Source: an uncultured Acidobacteriaceae bacterium (GTDB lineage Bacteria > Acidobacteriota > Terriglobia > Terriglobales > Acidobacteriaceae). From it: 64,000 nucleotides of DNA. The position numbers and the translations under genes were made by a program. This document shows, one piece after another, positions 1 through 9,516 of the stretch. The notes under the pieces are model-generated. The model was given only the letters and a program-made list of their open reading frames with translations, was not told the DNA's origin and did not search any database. Numbering within the stretch: position 1 is the stretch's first letter; every line of letters begins with the position of its first letter. The stretch spans positions 50,693 to 114,692 of the forward strand of contig CAVZDG010000010.1 of NCBI GenBank assembly GCA_963773965.1, written 5' to 3'.

Positions 1-114
1 AACCGTGGGCGCCCTATCGCTCGATTGCGTGCTGGTATCTTTGGAAGAGCCTGGATATTAAGACGGTAGAAAAATAGCGTGTAGAGACGGGGCTTGACGG
101 GTGGCTCATCCCAC

Positions 115-816
115 TTTCAAACTCTCGAGGGTGCCCCGTCCAAGCTCTGCTTGGACGGGCCCGTTTCATCACAAACCAACAAAGCAGTCATCACAGACGA
201 GGAAAGCGCTTCAAGGGTATGTTGCAACCATGCCCTGGGGATTGCGGCGTTTCCAGGAAACCGGTCAGTTACACTTCCTCACCTTCAGCTGTTACAAACG
301 ACGACCAAACTTCACGAACGCTCCGGCCCGGACTACGTTCGAGACTTCTCTCGAACGGGTACGACAACACTACGGGCTTAGCGTGTACGGCTACGTAGTG
401 ATGCCCGAGCACATCCACATGTTGGTAAGCGAACCGGAGCAAGGCTCGCTGTCGCGAGTTATGCAGTCGCTGAAGCAGTCGGTCGCTAGGACATTGGCCC
501 TACGAGCAGCAGATCCGTTCTGGCAGGTTCGATACTACGATTTCAACGTATGGAGCGAACACAAGTTTGTGGAGAAGCTCCGCTATATTCACCGGAATCC
601 GGTAACACGCGGGTTAGTTGCGCGTCCCGAAGATTGGGTCTGGAGCAGCTTCCGTCATTATGCTAATGGTGAGGTCGGTCGAGTAGAAATCGAGTCGCAG
701 TGGACCGCCCGGCGGAGAGAACAGGCAGGTATCTTTCCAACCGTGCGGAAGCATCCTGCCGCCTAGCGGGCCCGCCCAAGCAAAGCTTGGACGGGGCACC
801 CTCGTGAGTTCAAATG
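115..816 (+). mobile_element. RAYT unit: REP-associated tyrosine transposase gene bracketed by inverted ~48-bp REP-like hairpin sequences
   Basis: Left flank 115-163 (ttcaaactctcgagggtgccccgtccaagctctgcttggacgggccc) is nearly the reverse complement of right flank 768-816. Each flank contains a gcccgtccaagc/gcttggacgggc hairpin. The enclosed ORF is an IS200/Y1-type transposase. Confidence 0.7.
230..766 (+). CDS. REP-associated tyrosine transposase (RAYT; IS200/IS605 TnpA-like Y1 transposase)
   Basis: Protein contains YGYVVMPEHIHMLV (HUH-type motif) and YIHRNPV...WSS, typical of the RAYT/transposase IS200-like family. ATG at 230 chosen because the upstream part of ORF 101..766 runs through the flanking REP. 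Confidence 0.85.
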   Translation: MPWGLRRFQETGQLHFLTFSCYKRRPNFTNAPARTTFETSLERVRQHYGLSVYGYVVMPEHIHMLVSEPEQGSLSRVMQSLKQSVARTLALRAADPFWQVRYYDFNVWSEHKFVEKLRYIHRNPVTRGLVARPEDWVWSSFRHYANGEVGRVEIESQWTARRREQAGIFPTVRKHPAA

Positions 817-983
817 ATCGCGATAGCCCGGGCCACCCGCCAGTGGACCGCCCGGCGGAGAGAACAGGCAGGTATCTTTCCCACCGTGCGGAAGCATCCC
901 GCCGCCTAGCGGACCCGCCCAAGCAAAGCTTGGACGGGGCACCCTCGTGAGTTCAAATGATTGGGATGGCCCGGGCCAGCCTC
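698..983 (+). repeat. Tandem direct duplication (2 x 143 bp) of the RAYT 3' end plus its right-hand REP
   Basis: 698-840 and 841-983 are near identical. Both begin cagtggaccgcccggcggagagaacaggcaggtatcttt and contain cccaagcaaagcttggacggggcaccctcgtgagttcaaatga. Confidence 0.9.
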
Positions 984-985
984 CA

Positions 986-1018
986 AATAAAAAACCCTCT
1001 CGACCGAAGTGAGAGGGT
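986..1018 (-). terminator. Rho-independent terminator of the cold-shock gene
   Basis: The minus strand reads ccctctc-acttcggtc-gagaggg followed by ttttttat. It lies directly 3' of the csp stop. Confidence 0.8.
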
Positions 1019-1039
1019 TTGCGAACTGGCGGGAGAAAC

Positions 1040-1246
1040 TTATGCCGCGCGCACGACGTTGCCTGCCTGGAAGCCCTTCGGGCCTTTGAGCAGATCGAAC
1101 TCGACGGTCTCGCCTTCGTTCAGCGAGCGGTAGCCGTTCTCCTGGATGGCCGAGAAATGCACGAACACGTCCTCGCCCGTGGAGCGCTGGATGAATCCGT
1201 ATCCCTTCGCCCCGTTGAACCACTTCACAGTACCCTTCTCTCTCAC
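1040..1246 (-). CDS. Cold-shock protein, CspA family
   Basis: 68 aa. [16 protein letters not shown] and VFVHFSAI are the RNP1/RNP2 motifs of the cold-shock domain. Confidence 0.95.
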   Translation of the reverse strand: MREKGTVKWFNGAKGYGFIQRSTGEDVFVHFSAIQENGYRSLNEGETVEFDLLKGPKGFQAGNVVRAA

Positions 1247-1758
1247 AAAGAAACTCCTTTCGCCTCATCGCTAAGAATTATTCTTCCGTCGCTTGTCTGT
1301 TTACCCTGGTGTACCGGACACGCGCTACCGGACACGCGCTACCAGGGCACCCCCTCTAAGCGGCGGTAAGAATTTTTGGCTGGCGTCGCCGCGCGCCGAT
1401 GATGCCGCACCAACAGAAACGGCTCCCCTGCATTCCGTCGAACGGTTGCCCGCGACGAAATACCGCGAAGCCGCGAAAACGAAGGCGCGATATCGGACTG
1501 CTGCCACAGAAACGTCAACCCTGCTGCTCGCCAACCGGGTCCGGGTGACGAAGCACCAGATAATAGCAGGAAGATTGCAGTTGGCAAGAGCTAAGTTACT
1601 GAAAGCAACGGAAACGAAATGGACGTGGGCGCAGGCAAGGGCATGTCTGGTCCGGCAAGCCGTTTGGCGGCCGGGCGGGGATGCCCGGCTCTCCACGGGC
1701 GACCTTCTATGGAAATCCGACGAAAAGCCGTAAGTATTTGATAATATTTGAGAAACCA

Positions 1759-2625
1759 GTGTCTTCGATCACGCCCATCGAGCTTTCCGACAAGCACGGC
1801 GCGGCCGAACTTCGCGCCGCTCCGGCCGAGGGTCTGGTGCGCTCCACGGCCCGCTATCTGCTCCGGACCGAGGTGCACACCTTTGCCTTCTCCGTTGCCG
1901 CCAACTCCATTCTGTCATTCTTCCCGTTCCTGTTGTTGCTGATGACGCTGATCCGCTACGTCTTTCATTCACGGGTGATGTACGGTGTAGTCGAGAACCT
2001 GTTGCGCGACTATATTCCGACCGGGCAGGAATTCGTGATCCGGAACCTGAATGCGCTGGTCGGCGCGCACCATCGGGCGCAGGTGTTCTCGCTGGCCATG
2101 TTGCTGATTACTTCCACCGGAATTTTTCTGCCGCTCGAAGTTGCGCTGAACCGCGTCTGGGGATTTCGCAACAATCGCTCGTACCTGGGAAATCAATTGA
2201 TGTCGCTCGGGCTGGTGTTTGCCTGCGGATCGCTCGCCCTGCTCTCGGTAGGATTGACCGCCGGAAATGTCGCTATCGTGAAGAGTGCCCTGCACGGCTA
2301 TGGCGCCTGGTATGTGACCCTGGTGGACTTTGTGACCATGAAGATCTTTTCGATCCTGGCCAGCATCGCCATCTTCTTCCTCGTCTACTGGCTGTTGCCG
2401 AATGGCAAGGTGCCGGCCCGGGGAGTGCTGCCGGCGGCGGTGATCATGGGCTTGCTTTCCGAGGCGCTGAAGTACGCTTATATCTTCGCGCTGCCGCGGC
2501 TGAATTTCGCGGAAGTGTATGGGCCGTTCGCCATCTCGGTCAGCCTGATGTTTTGGGCGTTCCTGTCGGGGATGCTGCTGCTGACGGGAGCCCATCTTTC
2601 GGCGCGAAGAATATTGCGGGGCTGA
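1759..2625 (+). CDS. YihY/BrkB (virulence factor BrkB) family membrane protein
   Basis: Multi-pass membrane protein with LPLEVALNRVWG, characteristic of the YihY family. The ORF is open from 1681, but that ATG lies inside an interspersed repeat (1669-1696). GTG at 1759 is proposed and the start is uncertain. Confidence 0.7.
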   Translation: MSSITPIELSDKHGAAELRAAPAEGLVRSTARYLLRTEVHTFAFSVAANSILSFFPFLLLLMTLIRYVFHSRVMYGVVENLLRDYIPTGQEFVIRNLNALVGAHHRAQVFSLAMLLITSTGIFLPLEVALNRVWGFRNNRSYLGNQLMSLGLVFACGSLALLSVGLTAGNVAIVKSALHGYGAWYVTLVDFVTMKIFSILASIAIFFLVYWLLPNGKVPARGVLPAAVIMGLLSEALKYAYIFALPRLNFAEVYGPFAISVSLMFWAFLSGMLLLTGAHLSARRILRG

Positions 2626-2636
2626 GAGGGCTTCCT

Positions 2637-2697
2637 CTGTAGAGACGGGGTTTGCCCCGTCTTGCGGGCGGAGACGCGGCAAGCCGCGTCTCTACGG
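2637..2697. repeat. REPIN: two inverted REPs of the GTAGAGACGSGGC...GCCSCGTCTC family
   Basis: ctgtagagacggggtttgccccgtct ... ggagacgcggcaagccgcgtctctacgg. Each half is itself a hairpin. Confidence 0.9.
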
Positions 2698-2726
2698 GAA
2701 ATGAACAGGGATTCACCTGCTATGCC

Positions 2727-3260
2727 TCACAGTCTCCATCGAGTTGCGGACTGCGGAAAAGTCTTTTCCACGAAACCGAAGACCCGGCTGGGCTGGACGC
2801 GGAAGATCGGTTCTCCCATGCTCCTCGGGTCCATCTTGTATTTCTTCATGTAGGCTGCGGCAAAGCGCTCCAAAACGACTGCGTCTTTGACTTCCTCGGC
2901 AAAGCCCTCAACGATCACCGCCTCTTCGCCGTTGTCGTTGGTAATCGTGCACGCGGAGTTGGCGGCAAGGTTTTGACCTTTGCGGGACTTGCGTCCCGTC
3001 GAGAAGAAGAAAGCGTCGTCGAGCCATACTCCCCACACTGGCATCACATGCGGACGTCCCTGACTCGCGTGAATCGTGGCCACCCAGAAGGTGCGGCAGT
3101 CGTTCATTTTTCTGGCTACCCAGGTCCACGGGAGCAGGCCTTTACCGTCCTCGGCTCCCACGATTCCATAGCCGGGCGCAAACGGACGATCCGCCTGCGG
3201 CGCGGAGTTGGAATTGGCAGATGTGCGCTCAGCAGAACGCTTGGCAGAACGCGGAGACAT
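2727..3260 (-). CDS. Pyridoxamine 5'-phosphate oxidase (PPOX) family FMN-binding protein
   Basis: WVATIHASQGRPHVMPVWGVWLDDAFFFSTG matches the PPOX-like split-barrel family. ATG at 3260 is preceded by GGAGGTG. Confidence 0.75.
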   Translation of the reverse strand: MSPRSAKRSAERTSANSNSAPQADRPFAPGYGIVGAEDGKGLLPWTWVARKMNDCRTFWVATIHASQGRPHVMPVWGVWLDDAFFFSTGRKSRKGQNLAANSACTITNDNGEEAVIVEGFAEEVKDAVVLERFAAAYMKKYKMDPRSMGEPIFRVQPSRVFGFVEKTFPQSATRWRL

Positions 3261-3427
3261 GTAAGCACCTCCCTGCTCGTGTGGCGCGGGCGCCCCCGCC
3301 CGCGTCAACCGATGCGAGCGTCGCCGCCTGCGGACAAAACGCAAAACGAGTCACTTCTTGATCGAAAATCCTTCAACCCCAGATCAATTATTCGCCACCG
3401 TACGCGGGCGGGGGCGCCCGCGCCACA

Positions 3428-5449
3428 CTAATTGTTTTTCAACTCGTGCACGGCGCGGTACGCCTGATCGATGGCACAGTCGGCGTAAGCGTAAGCGTCC
3501 GCGTCCGAATTCGCGATCGCCAGCCGCCCAAACGGTTTGCGCGCCGCCTGGCACGGTGTCTCGCCGCCTTCCAGCCAGAACTGATCGAACAGCGAATTGT
3601 ATTCATACGCGTAGCCGTGCGGCCAGCGGTTGACCGTGATTTCCAGGATGTCGCGCGCGGGGTCGAATCCGCCCGGGCCGAGCATCCGCGCGAGTTGCTC
3701 GCGGATGTTGCGCTCGTGAGTTTCGAAGGTCGTGGTATAGAGCTGGATGCGCCCCAGCCTATGCTGCTCGCGCGCCGGGCGTCCCGGCTTGCAGGCCGCC
3801 TTCATCATGTGCACCACGATCGGCTCGTCCGGCTTTTTCGTGCACTCATAGCCGCCGATGCTGACCGGAATATCCAGGTTCACGCCGGTGTGGTACATGC
3901 CGGGCGCGTAAATCGCACTCGTGCCCAGCTTCTGGAACGCGCTCCAGTTGCGCACCAGGACGTTGTTGTAGAGCAGCGGAACTTTCTGCGCCGAAGCCAG
4001 CGCTTCTTTCTGCGCGTCCGGCAATTCCTGCGCAATGTACGGAATCACCACGTGCCAGCACGCCAAAATGCAGTTGGCGGCGCGCACTGTCTTGAGGCTT
4101 TTTTCGGTAAAGTAGCTGACTTCCACTTCTTTTGCCGAGGCCGGATCGCCCCGGTGATTCACCTTGACCACCGTACTGTTGAGCCGGATGCGCATCGAAG
4201 AAGACGGGTCGTCGAGCTTCGAGTAATCGGCTTTCGCCAGCACCACGTCAGTGGCCGAGCTGCCTGGAATCGCCGCCGGGATCAGTTTGCGCACCAGCAG
4301 CCGGGCGATGGTGGCCATGCCGTCGGGATGGTGAAAGAAATATTTTTCCGCTTCGTCGTTGTGAATGGCGTCGCGGTTCATGCCTTTGCCGGGAGTGGGG
4401 TCGAGATTGAGGCCATGGAACCCGGGCAATCCCAGACCCCAGGCATCTTGTGCGGCGACCGCATCAATGCCCACGCCGAACAGCGGGTGCGGAAAGGCTT
4501 GCAACAATTTCACGATCTCGTCGCTCACCCCGGCCGTTTCGGTCAGGTATTTCGCATAGCTCAAGCGAGCCAGCCGCGCCTTCTTTTCATTGGAGCTGAG
4601 ACCGGGGAAATAATCCTTCTTTTCCGCGAGCAGACGCTGAAAATCCTCCTTGGCTTTCGCCGAGAGCGGAGCTTCTTTCAGGAATTCTCGCAGGCCCGCT
4701 TCGCCGGCCTCGTCGTTGATGCCGCTCTCATCGCCTCCGGTATGCACCGTGTTCAAGACCAGCTTGTCGGTCCCAAACGTTTCCTTGTCGAAAAAAATGC
4801 GCGGCTTCAGGCCCATCGAACGATAGAGGTCCTTGTTGACGTACTTATGATAGGAAGGCACATCAATGCCGAGGTCTTCGATCAGAGCCTTTGAGACCGC
4901 GCTATAAGGCGCCGGGCTTTCGATGGAATAGGTGCCGCCGAAACCCAGAATCGTGCGATTGCCCGCGTGGAATTCGTTGCGCTTGGCGTGTCCGCCGAAG
5001 TCATCGTGGTTTTCAAGAATCAGGACGCGCGCCTTGGCGCCCGCGGCCTTGCGGAAGTAGTACGCCGCGGCGAGTCCGCTGAAGCCTCCACCCACGACCA
5101 CCAGATCGTAGAATTCGCCGGTATCCACGGCCTTGGGAGCGTCGCCCCAGAAAGCGCCGTCGCGGAGTTTGTGCGCGGCTTCGAATGATCCGGCGTGGTC
5201 GCCGCGCAGGCCGACTTTGCCCGGAGGATAGTAACCTGGCGCGTCCTGACCTTCCAGATCCGGGGTCCCCGGCGGGCCTGTTTTTGGGCCGCCGGGGTGG
5301 AGATCGGCGGCTGCCGCAGCCCACATTTCCGGCGGGATTATGGCCGCTCCCGCCGTGAGTGCGACTCCATTCAGAAAATCCCGGCGCGTGATCCTCGCGC
5401 CCATCCCCAGTGCCCGGTCCCGTTTCTTAGACCCAAACTCGCCTGACAT
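3428..5449 (-). CDS. Tat-signal FAD/NAD(P)-binding amine oxidoreductase (spermidine dehydrogenase SpdH-like)
   Basis: Twin-arginine signal ITRRDFLNG. Dinucleotide fold YDLVVVGGGFSGLAAAYY and ENHDDFGGHAKRNEF. The subfamily assignment is from memory of SpdH-type proteins. GGAGGG lies 5 nt upstream of the ATG. Confidence 0.65.
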   Translation of the reverse strand: MSGEFGSKKRDRALGMGARITRRDFLNGVALTAGAAIIPPEMWAAAAADLHPGGPKTGPPGTPDLEGQDAPGYYPPGKVGLRGDHAGSFEAAHKLRDGAFWGDAPKAVDTGEFYDLVVVGGGFSGLAAAYYFRKAAGAKARVLILENHDDFGGHAKRNEFHAGNRTILGFGGTYSIESPAPYSAVSKALIEDLGIDVPSYHKYVNKDLYRSMGLKPRIFFDKETFGTDKLVLNTVHTGGDESGINDEAGEAGLREFLKEAPLSAKAKEDFQRLLAEKKDYFPGLSSNEKKARLARLSYAKYLTETAGVSDEIVKLLQAFPHPLFGVGIDAVAAQDAWGLGLPGFHGLNLDPTPGKGMNRDAIHNDEAEKYFFHHPDGMATIARLLVRKLIPAAIPGSSATDVVLAKADYSKLDDPSSSMRIRLNSTVVKVNHRGDPASAKEVEVSYFTEKSLKTVRAANCILACWHVVIPYIAQELPDAQKEALASAQKVPLLYNNVLVRNWSAFQKLGTSAIYAPGMYHTGVNLDIPVSIGGYECTKKPDEPIVVHMMKAACKPGRPAREQHRLGRIQLYTTTFETHERNIREQLARMLGPGGFDPARDILEITVNRWPHGYAYEYNSLFDQFWLEGGETPCQAARKPFGRLAIANSDADAYAYADCAIDQAYRAVHELKNN

Positions 5450-5597
5450 AAAGCCCTCCGGCGAGGCAGTTTATCACTCCCGCGTCGCCAGTGCCGTGAC
5501 CGCGTGGTGAGTCCTACGGTGGAGGGACGAGCGTCTCGGGAGCCTGCCCGGATTTGCCGAAGCCCCGAGCGAAGCCGAGGGGGAAGTCGAAGGGTCC

Positions 5598-5870
5598 AGC
5601 CGGGCGGGGACGCCCGGCTCTCCACCAGCAAGTTTGCATCGGCAGCGCTAACCATCGCGCGGTCGGGCCGCTAAGAGGCTGCGGAAAAAATTAATCGGAC
5701 GCATAAGAAGCTCACCGCAGGCGCTAAAGCGCGGACACATGTTCAACGACTTAACGGCACGACTGAAGTCATGCCCTTCCCAAAACCGGCTTGAATCGGA
5801 GTTTTTCCGCAGCCTGTGAAGTCGTGCCCTTCCCAAGAGCCGCTTGAATGGGAGTTTTTCCGCAGCCTGC
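5598..5870. repeat. Cluster of interspersed repeats (ccgggcggggacgcccgg hairpin element; two tandem ~60-bp units)
   Basis: 5598-5625 matches 1669-1696. The units around 5757-5818 and 5819-5870 both contain gaagtcRtgcccttcccaa...gagtttttccgcagcctg. Related copies occur near 7391, 31275, 31688 and 40548. Confidence 0.8.
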
Positions 5871-7138
5871 TAACGCCCCGTCCCGGCGTCGTTCGCACGA
5901 AGGCTGGCCGTCTCCAGCCCTGATTGCGCCGTCGCTTCGAGCACCTCATGCCAAAACGAAGTATTCGGATCGACCGCCGCCACCCCGATCTGACCCGCTG
6001 CCGGAGTGTCCTCTCCCCCTACCCACGCGACTTGAAACTGTTCCTTTTTTTGTAAGCGGGCGAGAGCAACTATGTCGCCCTGTCCAAGCATTCCGTGGAC
6101 GCCCTCCAACAGCGCTCCGCGCCGGCTTATATTGATCGTCATCACTCTCTGGTCCAGAGGACGGCCGCTGACGTCGGTCCCGGTAAGCAGCACCGGCAAC
6201 GCCAGGTCAATCCGCGGGTCGCGGCGCTTGCCCAGCCGTTGCGTTCGCAAATCGTTCAGAAACTGTTCCGCAGTCACTGACGGCCCCTCGCGAACCAGCT
6301 CCAGGAGCGGGTCGGGCGATTCGGCGTCCTGCGCGGCGTCCGGCGCCGGATTCGGCGCCGCGTGCTGGCCTTCTTTCCGGCCAACGAAAATTTTCGGAAC
6401 CTCGCGACTGCCCGCCAGCCGGCTGATCAGTTCCTCCACCCGCGCCCGCTGATCGTGCGCTGGTGCTCCCGTGAACTCGACTCCCATTCCCGTCTGCGCA
6501 TGCGACACCCGCACCACTCCATCCAGCAGACACTCCGTGTCCAACGCTCGAATACTCAGCAACACCGGAGTATCGGCGGGAAATGGCGCAGCCGTCTCCA
6601 GGTAGCAGGCGCCCGCGCTGATGTCGGTGAGGCGCCAGCGTCTGGATCGAGCCGGTTTCGCCGCCGCGCCCGGCGCTTGCTCGGGCCGCGGCTGCTCCGC
6701 GGCCGGCGATGCGCTCTCCTCGATCTTCCAATCCGAAGGCGCATACTCGATTCCCCAGAAGTTGCCGGGAACGTCGAGTTCCAGGCCGACCAGCCAGGTC
6801 TCGGGGTCGCCGCCCAGTGGAACCACCTCCGCCACCTGCGCCGTGGTGTGCCGTCTTGCCGAAACGATTTCCAGCCGCACCTGAATTCCGTGCGCGACCT
6901 CGCCGGGAAGGATCAGCCCACATCCGTGCGCGTTCACCAGGGTAGTGTTGCCCCGCGCGGAAAATGGCGCGGCGGTGTCGAGGCTGGTCACAAGCACCGG
7001 AACTTCCAGCGGCAGTCGAGTGCTGCGCCGAATGGCGTGCTGTGTTTTTTCCGAAGCGCCCATTGAGTTAGCGGACAAAAGGTTCTTCGGCCTGAAAACG
7101 TCGACTTGAAAACCAGTGCCGGGAACTCCGGCAATCAT
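5870..7138 (-). CDS. Multi-PilZ-domain protein (predicted c-di-GMP receptor)
   Basis: Three segments carry PilZ-type RxxxR ... (D/N)xSxxG signatures (RRSTR; RSRRWR..DISAGA; RRDPR..NISRRG). Paralogous to the C-terminal part of 38150..39604. An alternative start is the ATG at 7063. Confidence 0.7.
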   Translation of the reverse strand: MIAGVPGTGFQVDVFRPKNLLSANSMGASEKTQHAIRRSTRLPLEVPVLVTSLDTAAPFSARGNTTLVNAHGCGLILPGEVAHGIQVRLEIVSARRHTTAQVAEVVPLGGDPETWLVGLELDVPGNFWGIEYAPSDWKIEESASPAAEQPRPEQAPGAAAKPARSRRWRLTDISAGACYLETAAPFPADTPVLLSIRALDTECLLDGVVRVSHAQTGMGVEFTGAPAHDQRARVEELISRLAGSREVPKIFVGRKEGQHAAPNPAPDAAQDAESPDPLLELVREGPSVTAEQFLNDLRTQRLGKRRDPRIDLALPVLLTGTDVSGRPLDQRVMTINISRRGALLEGVHGMLGQGDIVALARLQKKEQFQVAWVGGEDTPAAGQIGVAAVDPNTSFWHEVLEATAQSGLETASLRANDAGTGR

Positions 7139-7211
7139 TGTCCACGGACCATGCTAGATCACGAGAAAGCCCCGGGCACGTAATTTCGCCGTCCGGGTTT
7201 CCAGTTAGACA

Positions 7212-7391
7212 CTAGTACTGTGACCGCGTGATTTTTACCGTTTTACCGCTAAGTGTAGCGCCGCCGTCCCGGCGGCTGTCCGGCGGGCGTCCTCGCCCGC
7301 CGCGCCGAGGGCGAGACGCCCTCGGAACAGCCGGCAAGATGCCGGCGCTACTCGTTTCCGCGGGGTAATCATCATGCGGTCACGGTACTAG
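7212..7391. repeat. MITE-like element with 21-bp terminal inverted repeats and an internal GC-rich hairpin
   Basis: ctagtactgtgaccgcgtgat (7212-7232) against atcatgcggtcacggtactag (7371-7391), with 2 mismatches. The interior has gtagcgccgcc...ggcgctac pairing. Confidence 0.65.
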
Positions 7392-7399
7392 CAGGCTGC

Positions 7400-7790
7400 G
7401 GAAAAACTCGACGTTGCAGTTGTGTTTGGGTGGCGCAGCGCTTCAGCGTGTGCGTGAGAACTTCGGTCGTCCCTCCGGAGTCTGTATCGGAGCCTGGGTG
7501 CCGTCCCTAGCGGGACTCGATTGGTCCCACTTCCGCCTACCCGGCACTGACGTGCCGGGCTTTCCTGTTCCGCCGCTTCGCGGCTAATGCACCGTACGGT
7601 CCACTCTTTCGATCGACCTCAAGCTATGACACAGACTCCTCCGGGACTTGAGTCGTCATTCCACTTTACCCCGCGCTGAAGCCCTCCACCCCATCACGCC
7701 AAAAGCGGGCGTGCTCGGGGCCCCGGCGCGGGGCTAAGGTAGTTCGCCCCTCCCGGGCTGGATTCCCGGGCATTTCATTCCACCGGGTTG
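7400..7790. repeat. Composite non-coding interspersed-repeat region
   Basis: No credible ORF. The segment ccccatcacgccaaaagcgggcgtgctcggggccccggcgcggggctaag recurs in inverted form at about 31430-31500. Confidence 0.5.
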
Positions 7791-7815
7791 CCCGAAAACG
7801 AGTTTGCCGGCAGCC

Positions 7816-7844
7816 GGAGACGCGGCAAGCCGCGTCTCTACAGG
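7816..7844. repeat. REP (GTAGAGACGCGGC family), single copy
   Basis: ggagacgcggcaagccgcgtctctacagg, immediately 3' of the kinase gene. Confidence 0.9.
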
Positions 7845-7847
7845 AAA

Positions 7848-9030
<1,183 letters not shown>

Positions 9031-9044
<14 letters not shown>

Positions 9045-9516
9045 GAGCCTGTCCTGCCAAGGCCTGCGCATCTTGCAGTATGGGCGGCTGATTGATGACC
9101 AGCCAGTACAGTCCGACGGTCTTAACCGTCTCCCGGAACTGTTCGAAGTCGACTGGTTTCTGGATATAGCTGTTCGCCCCCAGGTGGTAACTGGCCACTA
9201 AGTCCCGCTCTTCTTTCGACGAAGTCATGATGACGACCGGGATCACCTTGGTCCGAGGGTCGCTCTTGACCTGTTTGAGCACTTCCAACCCGTCGACCTT
9301 GGGCAGTTTCAAATCCAACAGCACCAACTTGGGCGGATGCTCGAACGATCGGTCCGCGAACGCCCCGCGACAGAAAAGAAAGTCCAGGGCTTCCTCGCCA
9401 TCGCGCGCCACGAAGATGTTGTTCGCCAGCTTCTCCCGCCGCAGCGTATGCAGGGCAAGGTCCACGTCGTCCTGACTGTCTTCCGCCAACAATATGTCCA
9501 TTGCATCTGAGTTCAT
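9031..9516 (-). CDS. Single-domain response regulator (CheY/Rcp-like)
   Basis: MDILLAEDSQDDVDL...LLDLKLPKVDG...MTSS...YIQKP. An ATGA overlap with the upstream kinase stop (9513-9516) suggests translational coupling. Confidence 0.9.

Noticed and set aside
101-229. N-terminal extension of the RAYT ORF (start at 101).
   Set aside because: The extension is encoded by the left flanking REP hairpin. The conserved RAYT sequence begins after the ATG at 230.
3446-4894. 482-aa ORF antisense to the FAD oxidoreductase gene. Similar long antisense ORFs occur at 7788..9095, 12438..14189, 23008..24804, 35978..37945, 49387..50673 and 57411..58547.
   Set aside because: They are Arg/Ala/Gly-rich shadow ORFs, typical of GC-rich DNA lying opposite genes with clear family signatures. 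None has a recognisable domain.
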